Shown piece by piece: positions 1 to 9,093 of a stretch of 18,473 nucleotides of DNA. The notes under the pieces were generated by a model, which had not been told where the DNA came from, searched no databases, and was given only the letters and a program-made list of their open reading frames with translations. Positions within the stretch are counted from its first letter, which is position 1. Every line of letters begins with the position of its first letter. The DNA comes from Sulfurimonadaceae bacterium (GTDB lineage Bacteria; Campylobacterota; Campylobacteria; Campylobacterales; Sulfurimonadaceae). The position numbers were made by a program, and so were the translations under genes. The DNA lies in the NCBI GenBank assembly GCA_041562555.1, contig JBFEXS010000033.1:1-18473 (forward strand). The letters run 5' to 3'.

Positions 1-593
1 ACATAAAACTCCTGTGTGACTGTGGCTGTTGTCGGATTGTGCGGAAAGTTGACCAGGACATATTTTGGCTTTGGAGAGTTCTCCTTGAAAACGCGTTCGA
101 GATCCTCAAAGAACTTATCCTCTTTTACACGGTAATCCTCATCAAATTCAATCCCGAATTTGACGACGGAACCGCCTGCCAGGATAAATGAATACTCATG
201 GATCGGGTAAGTAGGGTCAGGAACAACTGCCACATCACCCGGGTTTGTGATGGCGTAGGTCAAATGGGCATACCCCTCTTTTGAACCCATCGTTGCAACG
301 GCTTCCGTCTGAGGGTCGATGTCACAACCGTATCTTCGCTTATACCAGTCCGAAATTGCCACTAAAAGTTTTGGGATACCTTTTGAGGTCGAATAGCCAT
401 GTGTCTTCGTCTTCTTGGCTGACTCTATCAATTTCTCACGAATATGTTCCGGCGTATCCCCATCAGGGTTACCCATAGAAAAGTCGATAACATCTGCACC
501 TGCACGGCGCTCTTGCATCTTTAACTCATTAACCTCTGCAAATACATACTTTGGAAGCCTATCAATACGACCAAATTGTATCTCGTCAAACAT
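1..593 (-). CDS. Class I/II PLP-dependent aminotransferase (AlaC / LL-diaminopimelate aminotransferase-like); runs off the left edge of the window
   Basis: Absent from the ORF track; translated by hand from ATG at 593: MFDEIQFGRIDRLPKYVFAEVNELKMQERRAGADVIDFSMGNPDG...TMGSKEGYAHL...PGDVAVVPDPTYPIH...NFPHNPT. These are typical motifs of the family. AAGG RBS upstream. Confidence 0.9.
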   Translation of the reverse strand, partial: MFDEIQFGRIDRLPKYVFAEVNELKMQERRAGADVIDFSMGNPDGDTPEHIREKLIESAKKTKTHGYSTSKGIPKLLVAISDWYKRRYGCDIDPQTEAVATMGSKEGYAHLTYAITNPGDVAVVPDPTYPIHEYSFILAGGSVVKFGIEFDEDYRVKEDKFFEDLERVFKENSPKPKYVLVNFPHNPTTATVTQEFY

Positions 594-617
594 CTTTTCA
601 CCTTGTAATGGTGACTA

Positions 618-1499
618 CTACTTAACCCCGTGGGCTTGAATTTGTAGTCCCTGTTTAATATTCTTTAGACTATACAGATCCGCTATTTTTATATAAACTG
701 TATCTTCAGGAAGCTCCAACTTGATCTTACTTGTTTTACGATCACGTTTGTATACTTTTAATAATCGAAGCTCTTTGTCATAAATTGAGACATAAGGATA
801 CCAATTATTTCCTTTCAAAGACCATACAGTGACTGCATTTGTTGATTTTACATTCACCCAATGTTCATAAAGTGACTTTTTAAGCACTCTCTCTTTATAT
901 GGACGTAACTCGTCCAGCATCAAATAGGCCTTTTTTATATCGATATGATAGGACCATTCTGTCTTGGTATGACGGTCAATATCAACAATACTGCATCCGC
1001 GTTTTTGTAGAGCCGCCTTAAGTAATACGGGATCGATTGCATACTCTCCTGTCAGTCGTATCGTCCAAAAGAACCCACTTTCATCCTGCTTGGACTGTTC
1101 TGTTATAAAACGATAATATCCCATCGACTGAAGGGTATCGCTCATGATCTTTACGAAAAACAAAGGATATCCGCTGGACTGAAAGGTCAGATGCATCTCT
1201 TGAGGTTTTTTAAAGAACAGATCCAGCAGACCATTATCCTTTAAGGTCTGTATGACCTTGGCGACATCCACACGTTCATTGGTATAGTACTCTTCCTTGT
1301 CTGCAAAAATGATCTTGATGAACTTGCTGTGTCTCGCATAGGCCTTTTCACCGATCAGAGCCTTGATCTTTTCTTCCAAAAGATCAACATTCTGAATCAC
1401 AGTCGTATTATCATCTCCGGAACCAGGTTCCAGAATATAGGTCTCGGCATACAGTGCACTAAAACTAAGGAGTAAACATAGAAAGAGCGGTCTTACCAA
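618..1499 (-). CDS. Conserved Campylobacterota periplasmic protein of unknown function (Cj0151c-like position)
   Basis: 293-aa ORF with Sec signal peptide (MVRPLFLCLLLSFSALYA); overlaps the upstream gene's stop by 7 nt; syntenic position. Confidence 0.75.
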   Translation of the reverse strand: MVRPLFLCLLLSFSALYAETYILEPGSGDDNTTVIQNVDLLEEKIKALIGEKAYARHSKFIKIIFADKEEYYTNERVDVAKVIQTLKDNGLLDLFFKKPQEMHLTFQSSGYPLFFVKIMSDTLQSMGYYRFITEQSKQDESGFFWTIRLTGEYAIDPVLLKAALQKRGCSIVDIDRHTKTEWSYHIDIKKAYLMLDELRPYKERVLKKSLYEHWVNVKSTNAVTVWSLKGNNWYPYVSIYDKELRLLKVYKRDRKTSKIKLELPEDTVYIKIADLYSLKNIKQGLQIQAHGVK

Positions 1500-2290
1500 G
1501 CTTTACCCCGATTCTTCTCTTTAAACTGTGAACGGGTCAACTTGCTTAAGGTCCCGTTTTCATATGCAAACCAGACCTTGTTCTCATCTGTGAACTTATG
1601 CTCCACCTCATTGACTTCAAAGTTCACGTATCCATGGCCCATGACCAGAAGCCACTCTTTATCCGCATCCAGTTCAAAGGGTTCAGAACTCAAACGTTGT
1701 GAACGCTTAAATGTCTCAAGATCAACAATTCCGATCCAAAGTTTACTACGCGGTATAATCTCGAATTTTGTCGTATGTACCGGTTCAACACTCGCTGCTG
1801 ATTGAAGTTCCTTGGTCTCAATAGTGGTATTCCCAAGGTGTGTCAACGTAGCCTTCGCTTCCTCTATGGTCGTATTGTTCAGTTCCTGTTCAACCTTTGC
1901 TTCAGGTGTTTTCTCGATCTTGGGTTCTTCAACTTTTTCTTCCTCTGAAGGGTTAAAGACAAGAAAAACAAGACCGACTATAAGTAAACCGATAACAATA
2001 TACAGGCCTTTGCTATTGCTCTTTCCTTCTGTCTTCGTCTGCTCACTGATAACAAAAGGCTCATCTTCGTTACTATTCGAATTGTTATGAAAAAGGTTAT
2101 ATGCCTCGATAAGGGCATGGAGGTCTACATTATATTCGCGTTCCAGGATAGAGATAAAACCTGAAAACTGGATCTTGTTCATCCTAGAAAAATCTTCTCT
2201 TAATATATCTTCAACAAACTTTTTAGCGATATGAGTCTGTTCATAAATCTTATGGGCTCCAATCTCTTGGAGTTTATCTAAACCTGTCAT
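1493..2290 (-). CDS. Single-pass membrane protein with RodZ-like architecture (Cj0152c-like position)
   Basis: N-terminal HTH-like segment (IYEQTHIAKKFVEDILREDFSRMNKIQFSGFISIL), one TM helix (LYIVIGLLIVGLVFLVF), E/K/P-rich linker, C-terminal beta domain (KLWIGIVD); ATGA overlap with rlmB. Confidence 0.65.
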   Translation of the reverse strand: MTGLDKLQEIGAHKIYEQTHIAKKFVEDILREDFSRMNKIQFSGFISILEREYNVDLHALIEAYNLFHNNSNSNEDEPFVISEQTKTEGKSNSKGLYIVIGLLIVGLVFLVFNPSEEEKVEEPKIEKTPEAKVEQELNNTTIEEAKATLTHLGNTTIETKELQSAASVEPVHTTKFEIIPRSKLWIGIVDLETFKRSQRLSSEPFELDADKEWLLVMGHGYVNFEVNEVEHKFTDENKVWFAYENGTLSKLTRSQFKEKNRGKAW

Positions 2291-2967
2291 TCCCTCATCC
2301 TATCCATCAAAATTGCACCTGCCACACTCACATTCAAAGAATCAAAATCATTTTTCATCTCGATTGAGACAGTCACATCAAGTTTCTTCAATGCTCTTGT
2401 CGGTATCCCCTGTGCCTCATTACCCATGATCAATGCACGTTTACCTTCACACTTTACCTGGCGAATATCTTTGCCATCCATGCTTGCACCATAAAGCTTA
2501 TAGCCATCTAGTTTTAACTCATTCATCACGTCATACAAGTTTTGCGCATGGACAATCGGCATATCATATGCTGCCCCTGCACTGCTTCGCACGACATTAT
2601 CTGCTGAAAACTGTTTGATACCACTCACGATCACCGCGTCTATACCAAGGGCGTATGCTGAGCGGATGATCGCTCCCATATTCCCCATATCGGTAATTCC
2701 CGCTAAAACTACAACAAACTGTGCCTTACCGAGATCTTTAAGATCATGCAGCACTAGGTCATCCACCTCAGCTAAAAAACCTTGGTGATTCCCTGACTTA
2801 CTCATGGACTGAGCAGCGTTTGAAGGAATTCGTTTCAGTTCAAAATCCATACGCATAAGACGCGAATACTCTTTTTTATCAAGCTCTTTTGAGACATACA
2901 GTGTCTTAATCTTGTGCGGATGTTTTTCTATCAGGTAATATACCGGTTGTTTTCCATAAATAATCAT
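2287..2967 (-). CDS. rlmB: 23S rRNA (G2251-2'-O)-methyltransferase RlmB, SpoU/TrmH family
   Basis: MIIYGKQPV start, HQGFLA, ITDMGNMGAIIRSA, MGNEAQG and DSLNVSVAGAIL SPOUT motifs; start moved to ATG at 2967. Confidence 0.93.
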   Translation of the reverse strand: MIIYGKQPVYYLIEKHPHKIKTLYVSKELDKKEYSRLMRMDFELKRIPSNAAQSMSKSGNHQGFLAEVDDLVLHDLKDLGKAQFVVVLAGITDMGNMGAIIRSAYALGIDAVIVSGIKQFSADNVVRSSAGAAYDMPIVHAQNLYDVMNELKLDGYKLYGASMDGKDIRQVKCEGKRALIMGNEAQGIPTRALKKLDVTVSIEMKNDFDSLNVSVAGAILMDRMRE

Positions 2968-2974
2968 GGCAAAG

Positions 2975-2984
2975 AGTTTAGCCA
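2975..2984 (-). promoter_or_regulatory. Putative sigma70 -10 box (tggcTAAACT), 7 nt before the rlmB ATG; implies a leaderless transcript
   Basis: Minus strand reads tggc-TAAACT-ctttgcc-ATG with no Shine-Dalgarno sequence. Confidence 0.5.
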
Positions 2985-3124
2985 AAACTGTCTTAAGTAT
3001 ATGACATAAAGGTAAAAATTTAGAAAACAGGAAAAGAGAAGATCCATTTTTTTTGAAGATGTTACCTATGGTATAGTTTTAAGTTATACGTACTATACAT
3101 AAGGTTTATGTTTGTTTTTTATTG

Positions 3125-3940
3125 TTATTTCATATCCATCAATCGTTGATAACAATGCTTCGTATTTTCACCAGTGATCTTGGATATAAGTTTGGCTGCA
3201 GACTTTTTCGGAAGATCAAGCTCAAGGACATCCTTTTCACTGATTGAACTCTCTCGCGCTTGGGAAGCTTCTATGACAACTACCCATTCTCCCTTGATAG
3301 TTGCCTGCGAAAGTTCGTTCAAGACGCCTTTTGCATTACCATGATAATAAGATTGGTATTTTTTCGTCAGTTCCTTAGCGCAGAACACTCTTCTATCAGG
3401 GGCCTCACTATCAAGCTCTTTTAAAAGTTTTTCCAATCTGTGAGGTGCTTCATAAAGAATCGTCGTAAAGCCATTATGTAAGGCACCTTGCAAAGCCTTG
3501 GCACGCTCTTTCCCCTTGTGGGGCAAAAAACCGAAAAAAAGCATTTGGGTATTGACAAATCCACTGGCGACAAAGGCTGTAAGCAATGCATTAGCCCCCG
3601 GTAAAATATCATATGCTATCTTCTCCTCCTGACAATATTTGACCAAAAGCTGTCCCGGATCAGATATGCCCGGCATGCCTGCGTCAGAGACATACACGAC
3701 ATCCGCCTCAAAAAATGACGGGGTAATCTTGTCTATGAAGGCTTGTTCATTATGGGAATGTAAAGAGATAAACTCCTGTTCTTTGCGTTCGAGGTTATAT
3801 CGTTCCTGAAGGATATGTAGCAATTTTTTCGTTACACGGGTGTCTTCACAAAGCAGTATATCTGCATTCATCAAGCTGTCCATTGCTCTTAGTGATATAT
3901 CAGCAATATTTCCGATCGGAGTTGGAACAAGGGTTAACAT
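3125..3940 (-). CDS. rsmI: 16S rRNA (C1402-2'-O)-methyltransferase RsmI
   Basis: LVPTPIGNIADIS, CEDTRVT, VSDAGMPGISDPG, YEAPHRL, KELTKKY and KGEWVVV motifs. Confidence 0.96.
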   Translation of the reverse strand: MLTLVPTPIGNIADISLRAMDSLMNADILLCEDTRVTKKLLHILQERYNLERKEQEFISLHSHNEQAFIDKITPSFFEADVVYVSDAGMPGISDPGQLLVKYCQEEKIAYDILPGANALLTAFVASGFVNTQMLFFGFLPHKGKERAKALQGALHNGFTTILYEAPHRLEKLLKELDSEAPDRRVFCAKELTKKYQSYYHGNAKGVLNELSQATIKGEWVVVIEASQARESSISEKDVLELDLPKKSAAKLISKITGENTKHCYQRLMDMK

Positions 3941-3971
3941 ATTTAAGTCTTAAGATTGTTTTTGAAGAGAG

Positions 3972-4014
3972 AAAAAAATGTGAGTTGACAGCATAAATGC
4001 CATCAAACACTCAC
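3972..4014 (-). terminator. Rho-independent terminator after rpmE
   Basis: Minus strand: GTGAG-tgt-TTGATGGCA-ttta-TGCTGTCAA-CTCAC followed by aTTTTTTT. Confidence 0.75.
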
Positions 4015-4214
4015 TAGTCCATGTTGTAACGTTTTTTGAACTTGTCAATACGTCCAGCAGTATCTACCATACGCTCAGAACCAGTAAAGAATGGGTGACA
4101 CTCATTACAGATCTCAACTTTGATCTCGCTCTTTACACTTTTTGTGTCAAATGTGTTACCACATGCACAACTTACTTTACAATCAACAACGTCTGGGTGA
4201 AGATCTTTTTTCAT
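4014..4214 (-). CDS. rpmE: 50S ribosomal protein L31 (Zn-binding type A)
   Basis: MKKDLHP...SCACGN...[12 protein letters not shown]...[13 protein letters not shown], 66 aa; AAGGA RBS before ATG at 4214. Confidence 0.98.
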   Translation of the reverse strand: MKKDLHPDVVDCKVSCACGNTFDTKSVKSEIKVEICNECHPFFTGSERMVDTAGRIDKFKKRYNMD

Positions 4215-4301
4215 CTTGGGTATCCTTAGGTGCCACGCTGTGTACGTGATCACGGTATATTTTTTTAAAATCCGTACGGGTGCAGATTTATTGTGAACGG
4301 C

Positions 4302-4309
4302 ATTATAGC
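4302..4309 (-). promoter_or_regulatory. Putative -10 box (gcTATAAT) of rpmE
   Basis: Perfect TATAAT about 88 nt upstream of the start, preceded by AT-rich sequence. Confidence 0.6.
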
Positions 4310-4361
4310 GGAGTTTATCTTATTTTTCAATGAAGCTCATAATTATGCTCCTGTACTGTCA

Positions 4362-4910
4362 CTATATTGACAATAGATACAAGCATCCCATTCCTAATAA
4401 ACAAAGGATCATTCCACCTACAATTAAAGTTTTATGATGTTCAACTCTCCTAGGTGACAAAGATATATCAATATAAGCTTCCGTAGGTTTTTTTGGATTG
4501 TAAAAGCCTGTTTTACACTGTTCAACTGTTTTCTTAAGATAAACCTCTGCTTCTTCTAACTTGCGGAACATAAAACTATCTATATCCATTGCAAAAGAAC
4601 CAAACCGCTCCTTTCCTTGCAAAGTAAACTTAAAATCAACTACAGGGTAAAAATAGATTACAGGCAGCCCCTCATCTGGTACTATCTTTTTAACAATATC
4701 TGTCTTCGTAATTACAATATCGACAACTTTCCAGACTTTCTCATTGTGACTCTTTTTTAACGAGAACCAATTTACGGTTATCAGCCAACATCCAAATCCA
4801 AACAAAACTATCGGAGCATAATTTATGGACAAGTAAAGTGGTAATAACATCAGCACCCCTACAAGTGCAGACATTATAAGCTCATCACTTGCCGAATGAT
4901 CAACAAGCAT
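4362..4910 (-). CDS. DUF3592-like membrane protein
   Basis: Two N-terminal TM segments, then W-x-x-V-x-x-x-I, YPVVDFKFTLQGKE, FYNPKKPTEAYI, and a C-terminal TM; pattern recalled from DUF3592. Confidence 0.6.
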   Translation of the reverse strand: MLVDHSASDELIMSALVGVLMLLPLYLSINYAPIVLFGFGCWLITVNWFSLKKSHNEKVWKVVDIVITKTDIVKKIVPDEGLPVIYFYPVVDFKFTLQGKERFGSFAMDIDSFMFRKLEEAEVYLKKTVEQCKTGFYNPKKPTEAYIDISLSPRRVEHHKTLIVGGMILCLLGMGCLYLLSI

Positions 4911-4931
4911 TTTAGTTAATTACTTTCATTA

Positions 4932-5603
4932 TCAAATAAGTATCTTAGAGGCAATCGCCATCGCTGCTGATTCGGAACGCAAGATCATCGGCGTGTCCAA
5001 TCGAAAACGTCTCATCTTTTCCAGCTTCCGGCGTTCTTCATCTGAAAAACCGCCTTCACAGCCTATAAGCACCGTTTGAATATCATCATCACATCCCAAA
5101 ACTTCATCACAAAAATCGAGGACCATCGTCTCAGGGTTTTTGTCTAAAAAGGTATCTAGGTTCACATAGGTCTCAAAGGAGATCGGCTCGCTTCGCCCAC
5201 ACTGTTGTGAAGAGGTTTCCAAGATACGTTCATATCGCTTTAGATCCGTTTTGAAGTTCTTTTGGCTTCGAGCACAATAAATAAAGGATATCTTATCCAC
5301 GCCTATCTCATTAAGACTCGGCAGGACTTTTTCAACAGACTTTGGATCGATCACGCACCAGCCGATATGGAGCTTCTTTTGGGGTAAGAGCACTTTTTCT
5401 TCTGACGCCACAAGCTCCAGGACTGCCGAACGTCCATCAAGACTGATGACCTTATAGGTATACAGATATTCACTTTGTACACGAGAGCGAAAATAGAGAA
5501 GGTCATCTACATTGTGGCGGCGCACTTTAAAGAGGTACTTATACTCTTCACCCTTAAGTTTTAAACTGCTTTTTCCCGCCTCGTCATTAAAAAGAAACTG
5601 CAC
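4932..5603 (-). CDS. rsmE: 16S rRNA (U1498-N3)-methyltransferase RsmE
   Basis: YLFKVRR, LNEIGV, SSQQCGR, IGCEGGFS and ILRSESA motifs; probable GTG start at 5603 (MQFLF). Confidence 0.93.
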   Translation of the reverse strand: MQFLFNDEAGKSSLKLKGEEYKYLFKVRRHNVDDLLYFRSRVQSEYLYTYKVISLDGRSAVLELVASEEKVLLPQKKLHIGWCVIDPKSVEKVLPSLNEIGVDKISFIYCARSQKNFKTDLKRYERILETSSQQCGRSEPISFETYVNLDTFLDKNPETMVLDFCDEVLGCDDDIQTVLIGCEGGFSDEERRKLEKMRRFRLDTPMILRSESAAMAIASKILI

Positions 5604-6012
5604 CGGCCATCCCTGCGAACGCACTCACTCCTACTATCAGTAAAAGCTCGGCAAGTTGATATCTAAATCCAAGTTTTTTATAATGTTCATGGGACATCAT
5701 CTTGAAACGGATCACCCGGGCAAGAGCTTTGTTTCGTTTGATCTCCAAGGCTGCGATAATAAAGAATGACACAATCATCAGTAAATTGGCCGGAGTAAAA
5801 CTCAGATGCTTTGCCGCCATCATGATCGCACCTGTTAAAACGATGAATCCGACCAAACTGAGATGAAAGACCATCAGGACCTTTATCCATTTGACAAACT
5901 TCTGAAAATCGCCATTGACCTTATGCATCGCTATCATGACAAGCAAGAGAAAAAGCAGCCCGATCACAGAATAGATATGGATACTCTGACTCATTTCATA
6001 CATTTCATTCAT
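5587..6012 (-). CDS. Four-TM integral membrane protein of unknown function (Cj0157c-like position)
   Basis: 141 aa with four hydrophobic segments; GAGG RBS; overlaps the rsmE start. Confidence 0.75.
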   Translation of the reverse strand: MNEMYEMSQSIHIYSVIGLLFLLLVMIAMHKVNGDFQKFVKWIKVLMVFHLSLVGFIVLTGAIMMAAKHLSFTPANLLMIVSFFIIAALEIKRNKALARVIRFKMMSHEHYKKLGFRYQLAELLLIVGVSAFAGMAGAVSF

Positions 6013-6056
6013 AAGGACCTCTCAGTAACAGGACATTGTTCCCGTTTATCATCATA

Positions 6057-6064
6057 ATTATACG
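6057..6064 (-). promoter_or_regulatory. Putative -10 box (cgTATAAT) for the membrane protein-rsmE unit
   Basis: Perfect TATAAT about 45 nt upstream of ATG 6012. Confidence 0.45.
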
Positions 6065-6069
6065 TGTCA

Positions 6070-7614
6070 TTATGTCTTATAGATATTAAGTTCCTTATTA
6101 AGCTGTTGTGTATTCTCCACAAGATTATCAATGTTATCGACAATCTCCTGAATATTGGAAAAGCTTTCTGTTGTCAATGATTCGACATCATGAATGGTAT
6201 GAACCAACTTCTCAAGCTTCGTAATATTATCACTAAACTGTTCTGCCGAGTTTTCTGAAATTGAAGCTGTCTCATCCATAATCCCGATTGTCTCATGCAA
6301 GCTGGACCGGACTTCCAGAGAATCTGAACTTAAATAGGTGATGTTCTCGGCATTACTTGTCATCTTGTCACTTGTATCATTGATCGCCTGCACAACGATA
6401 TTGACCGTACCATGGATCTCATTAAGGGATTTTTGCGTTCGCTCTGCCAGTTTTCTAACCTCATCCGCGACTACCGCAAACCCCCGTCCGTGTTCACCTG
6501 CACGAGCAGCTTCAATGGCTGCATTAAGCGCCAACAGATTCGTTTGATCTGCGATCTCTGAGATAACCGTCAAGATGTTTTTGATCTCTTCAGCCGATTG
6601 GGTCAACTCATTAAGTTTCTCAGACATCTCATTCTCTATCTCAGCCGTCTGTTCTATACTCTGTGTAAACTTTGTAATCCGCTCACCTATATTTTGCAAG
6701 TTGGTGTTTGCCTCATCGATGCGTTCTTTGGCATAGGAGGTGTTTTGGTTTGTCTGACGGAGTTCTTCTTGCATGGTACCGCTGGCCTGTGTGATCTTTG
6801 AAATAGCCGATTGCTGATCAGCAGAACTTTTACGCAAAGCATTTGTGATCGTATGCACTTTCTGCGTAATTGCAGTCGTCTCGTGGGCAGACCCTTTCGC
6901 TGTATTTAAAACCTTTCTCAAGGTTGAGACAAATGAATGGAACGCAGCTTCCTGTACATTTTCTGCTTTGATATCCAGCGTGAAATCATGGCTTTTTGTC
7001 ATCTCATTCACATTATCTATAATATGCATTGAGCTAAGATACTGTCCTGTCATAACATATACCATGTAGATAAGCACTGCCGCCTCCATAACTACAAAAG
7101 AAGCATGTAAAAAGGCGATATCCCAACCGCAGGCATAGTTGAATATCATTATCTGCATCTCTCCGATCGAGGCACCGTTTAACTGCAGATACGTAAAGAG
7201 CAGATGATGAACGGCGATCGTCAACGCACTCACTATCACGGGCATAGCATCCTTATATAAGGACATAAACGCAAGGACGACAAAGATGTGAAAATGCATC
7301 TCAATACGCCCTAGATGTTGCTGTATCATTATGATCGGGAATCCCATAATCAAAACTCCGATCAAAATACGAGAGAGTGAAGTACCGGGAAAAAACTTAT
7401 ACAGAAAAAAAGCTACCCCGGTCAACATACCGCCGCCTACAGCTCCCAAGAAATACGTATTGTAGGTCAAAGAGGTCACAGCACTGACGATAATCCAATT
7501 GATGACAAAAATATACATAAACATCTTATCTGCATTTTTGGCTTCTTTCAAAAGATTCTCTTTTATTAAACTTGAAAGTCCCTCATAATTCCCAGCTAAT
7601 ACCTTTGCGTTCAT
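6070..7614 (-). CDS. Methyl-accepting chemotaxis protein with a multi-TM (about 6) intramembrane sensor domain
   Basis: Signalling hairpin [41 protein letters not shown]-terminal TM bundle containing EMHFHIF, AVHHL and FLHA; AAAGGA RBS before ATG 7614. Confidence 0.92.
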   Translation of the reverse strand: MNAKVLAGNYEGLSSLIKENLLKEAKNADKMFMYIFVINWIIVSAVTSLTYNTYFLGAVGGGMLTGVAFFLYKFFPGTSLSRILIGVLIMGFPIIMIQQHLGRIEMHFHIFVVLAFMSLYKDAMPVIVSALTIAVHHLLFTYLQLNGASIGEMQIMIFNYACGWDIAFLHASFVVMEAAVLIYMVYVMTGQYLSSMHIIDNVNEMTKSHDFTLDIKAENVQEAAFHSFVSTLRKVLNTAKGSAHETTAITQKVHTITNALRKSSADQQSAISKITQASGTMQEELRQTNQNTSYAKERIDEANTNLQNIGERITKFTQSIEQTAEIENEMSEKLNELTQSAEEIKNILTVISEIADQTNLLALNAAIEAARAGEHGRGFAVVADEVRKLAERTQKSLNEIHGTVNIVVQAINDTSDKMTSNAENITYLSSDSLEVRSSLHETIGIMDETASISENSAEQFSDNITKLEKLVHTIHDVESLTTESFSNIQEIVDNIDNLVENTQQLNKELNIYKT

Positions 7615-7835
7615 GTATTGTCCTTTGTTCAATGATGGCTCTGTCTCATGCATAGAACATGGGATCTACGAGCACCTTTTCTGATTAATGGTACACATAA
7701 AAGAATAGGATAAAGCTTAGAAAAATAAATTAGGTTTTGTATATACGGACACCCTTCTGGAGAACATGTAGAAACAATTGAATTTACATTCATACTTTTA
7801 CTAGCTTTAAAAGTTAAGTTTTACCCTTCTTGGCC

Positions 7836-7841
7836 TATAAT
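7836..7841 (+). promoter_or_regulatory. Putative -10 box (TATAAT) of moeA
   Basis: Perfect TATAAT 25 nt before ATG 7867, which has an AGGGAG RBS. Confidence 0.55.
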
Positions 7842-7866
7842 GCACTATCAACATCAGGGAGCAACG

Positions 7867-9093
7867 ATGGCAATATCTATACTAGACGCATTAAAACAGA
7901 TCGATGAGTGGGTAGAACCGCTGCATTCTGAGATCGTCTCTTTGGAAGCTGCCCTTGGCCGAATCCTCAGTAATGATGTGATCGCAGTCTATAATCTACC
8001 CGCCTTTAATAACTCTGCTATGGATGGCTATGCGATAAAACACAGTGACGCCGGTTGTGAGGTCGTTGTCGGTGAGACAATCTTTGCCGGAGACAACTCG
8101 GATGCAATCGTCGAGCAAAACTGCGCCTTAAAAATCATGACAGGTGCCCGTGTCCCTCTTGGCGCTGACGCCGTTGTACCTATCGAAGATATTGAGCAGA
8201 TCTCAGATAATGTCATCTTGCTTCCGGAAAAGATCAAACAAGCCCAGCATATCCGATATGCCGGTGAAGATGTAAGAGCAGGAGACAAACTCCTCCATGC
8301 CGGGCATAAACTTCATGCCCACCATATCACTATGCTCGCTTCACAGGGGATCTCTCACGTATATGTCACTAAACGTCCACGGGTTGCTGTTTTTGCCTCG
8401 GGGAAAGAGCTCAAAATGCATTTTGAGAGTGTTGAAGACCATCAGATCTATAACACTAACACACCTACCTTTCTCGCCCGTTCAAGAGAGCTCGGATGTG
8501 AGGTCATCTTTATCGGTACTGCCGAAGATACGCTCGAGGATATCAAGGAACATATTGCCTCTGCCCTCGAGGACTCGGACCTCATCATCACCTCAGGCGG
8601 TGTGAGTGTTGGAGATGCAGACTTCACAAAGGATGCCTTTGCCTCCTTTGAATACGAGAGTTATTTCTCCAAGGTAGATATCAAACCTGGGAAACCGACT
8701 ACCTTTGGACGGATCGGACGAAGCTATGTACTCAATCTTCCGGGGAATCCGCTTGCTGCCGCAGTCAATTTTGAGATCTTCGCACAAAGTATTATCCTGA
8801 AACTGCATAATGCAAGACGTCCCTACATCGGTAGCTTTAAGGCAAAGATGAAAAATGATTTTTCCCAACGTGCAGGCAAGTTTACCGTTGTGCCGGGATA
8901 TTATGACGGAGAGTTTTTTGAACCGATCGAAAAACGTAGTCCGGGGATGATCTCCCCGTTGGCACAATCCAACGCCATCATGATCACCGACGACAAGCTC
9001 GCAACACGACAACAGGGCGAAGAGGTTCTATTGATTCCTACAAGATGGCAGCTGTGTACCAAAGAGGAAAGTGAGATTATCACCCGTAACTAA
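7867..9093 (+). CDS. moeA: Molybdopterin molybdotransferase MoeA
   Basis: LGRIL, PAFNNSAMDGYA, IMTGARVPLGADAVVPIE, ITSGGVSVGDADF, IKPGKP and LPGNP motifs. Confidence 0.96.
   Translation: MAISILDALKQIDEWVEPLHSEIVSLEAALGRILSNDVIAVYNLPAFNNSAMDGYAIKHSDAGCEVVVGETIFAGDNSDAIVEQNCALKIMTGARVPLGADAVVPIEDIEQISDNVILLPEKIKQAQHIRYAGEDVRAGDKLLHAGHKLHAHHITMLASQGISHVYVTKRPRVAVFASGKELKMHFESVEDHQIYNTNTPTFLARSRELGCEVIFIGTAEDTLEDIKEHIASALEDSDLIITSGGVSVGDADFTKDAFASFEYESYFSKVDIKPGKPTTFGRIGRSYVLNLPGNPLAAAVNFEIFAQSIILKLHNARRPYIGSFKAKMKNDFSQRAGKFTVVPGYYDGEFFEPIEKRSPGMISPLAQSNAIMITDDKLATRQQGEEVLLIPTRWQLCTKEESEIITRN

Noticed and set aside
4341..4823. 11-bp inverted repeat GGAGCATAATT (4341-4351 and 4813-4823) as mobile-element ends
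   Set aside because: One copy lies inside the CDS, and there is no target duplication or transposase; probably chance
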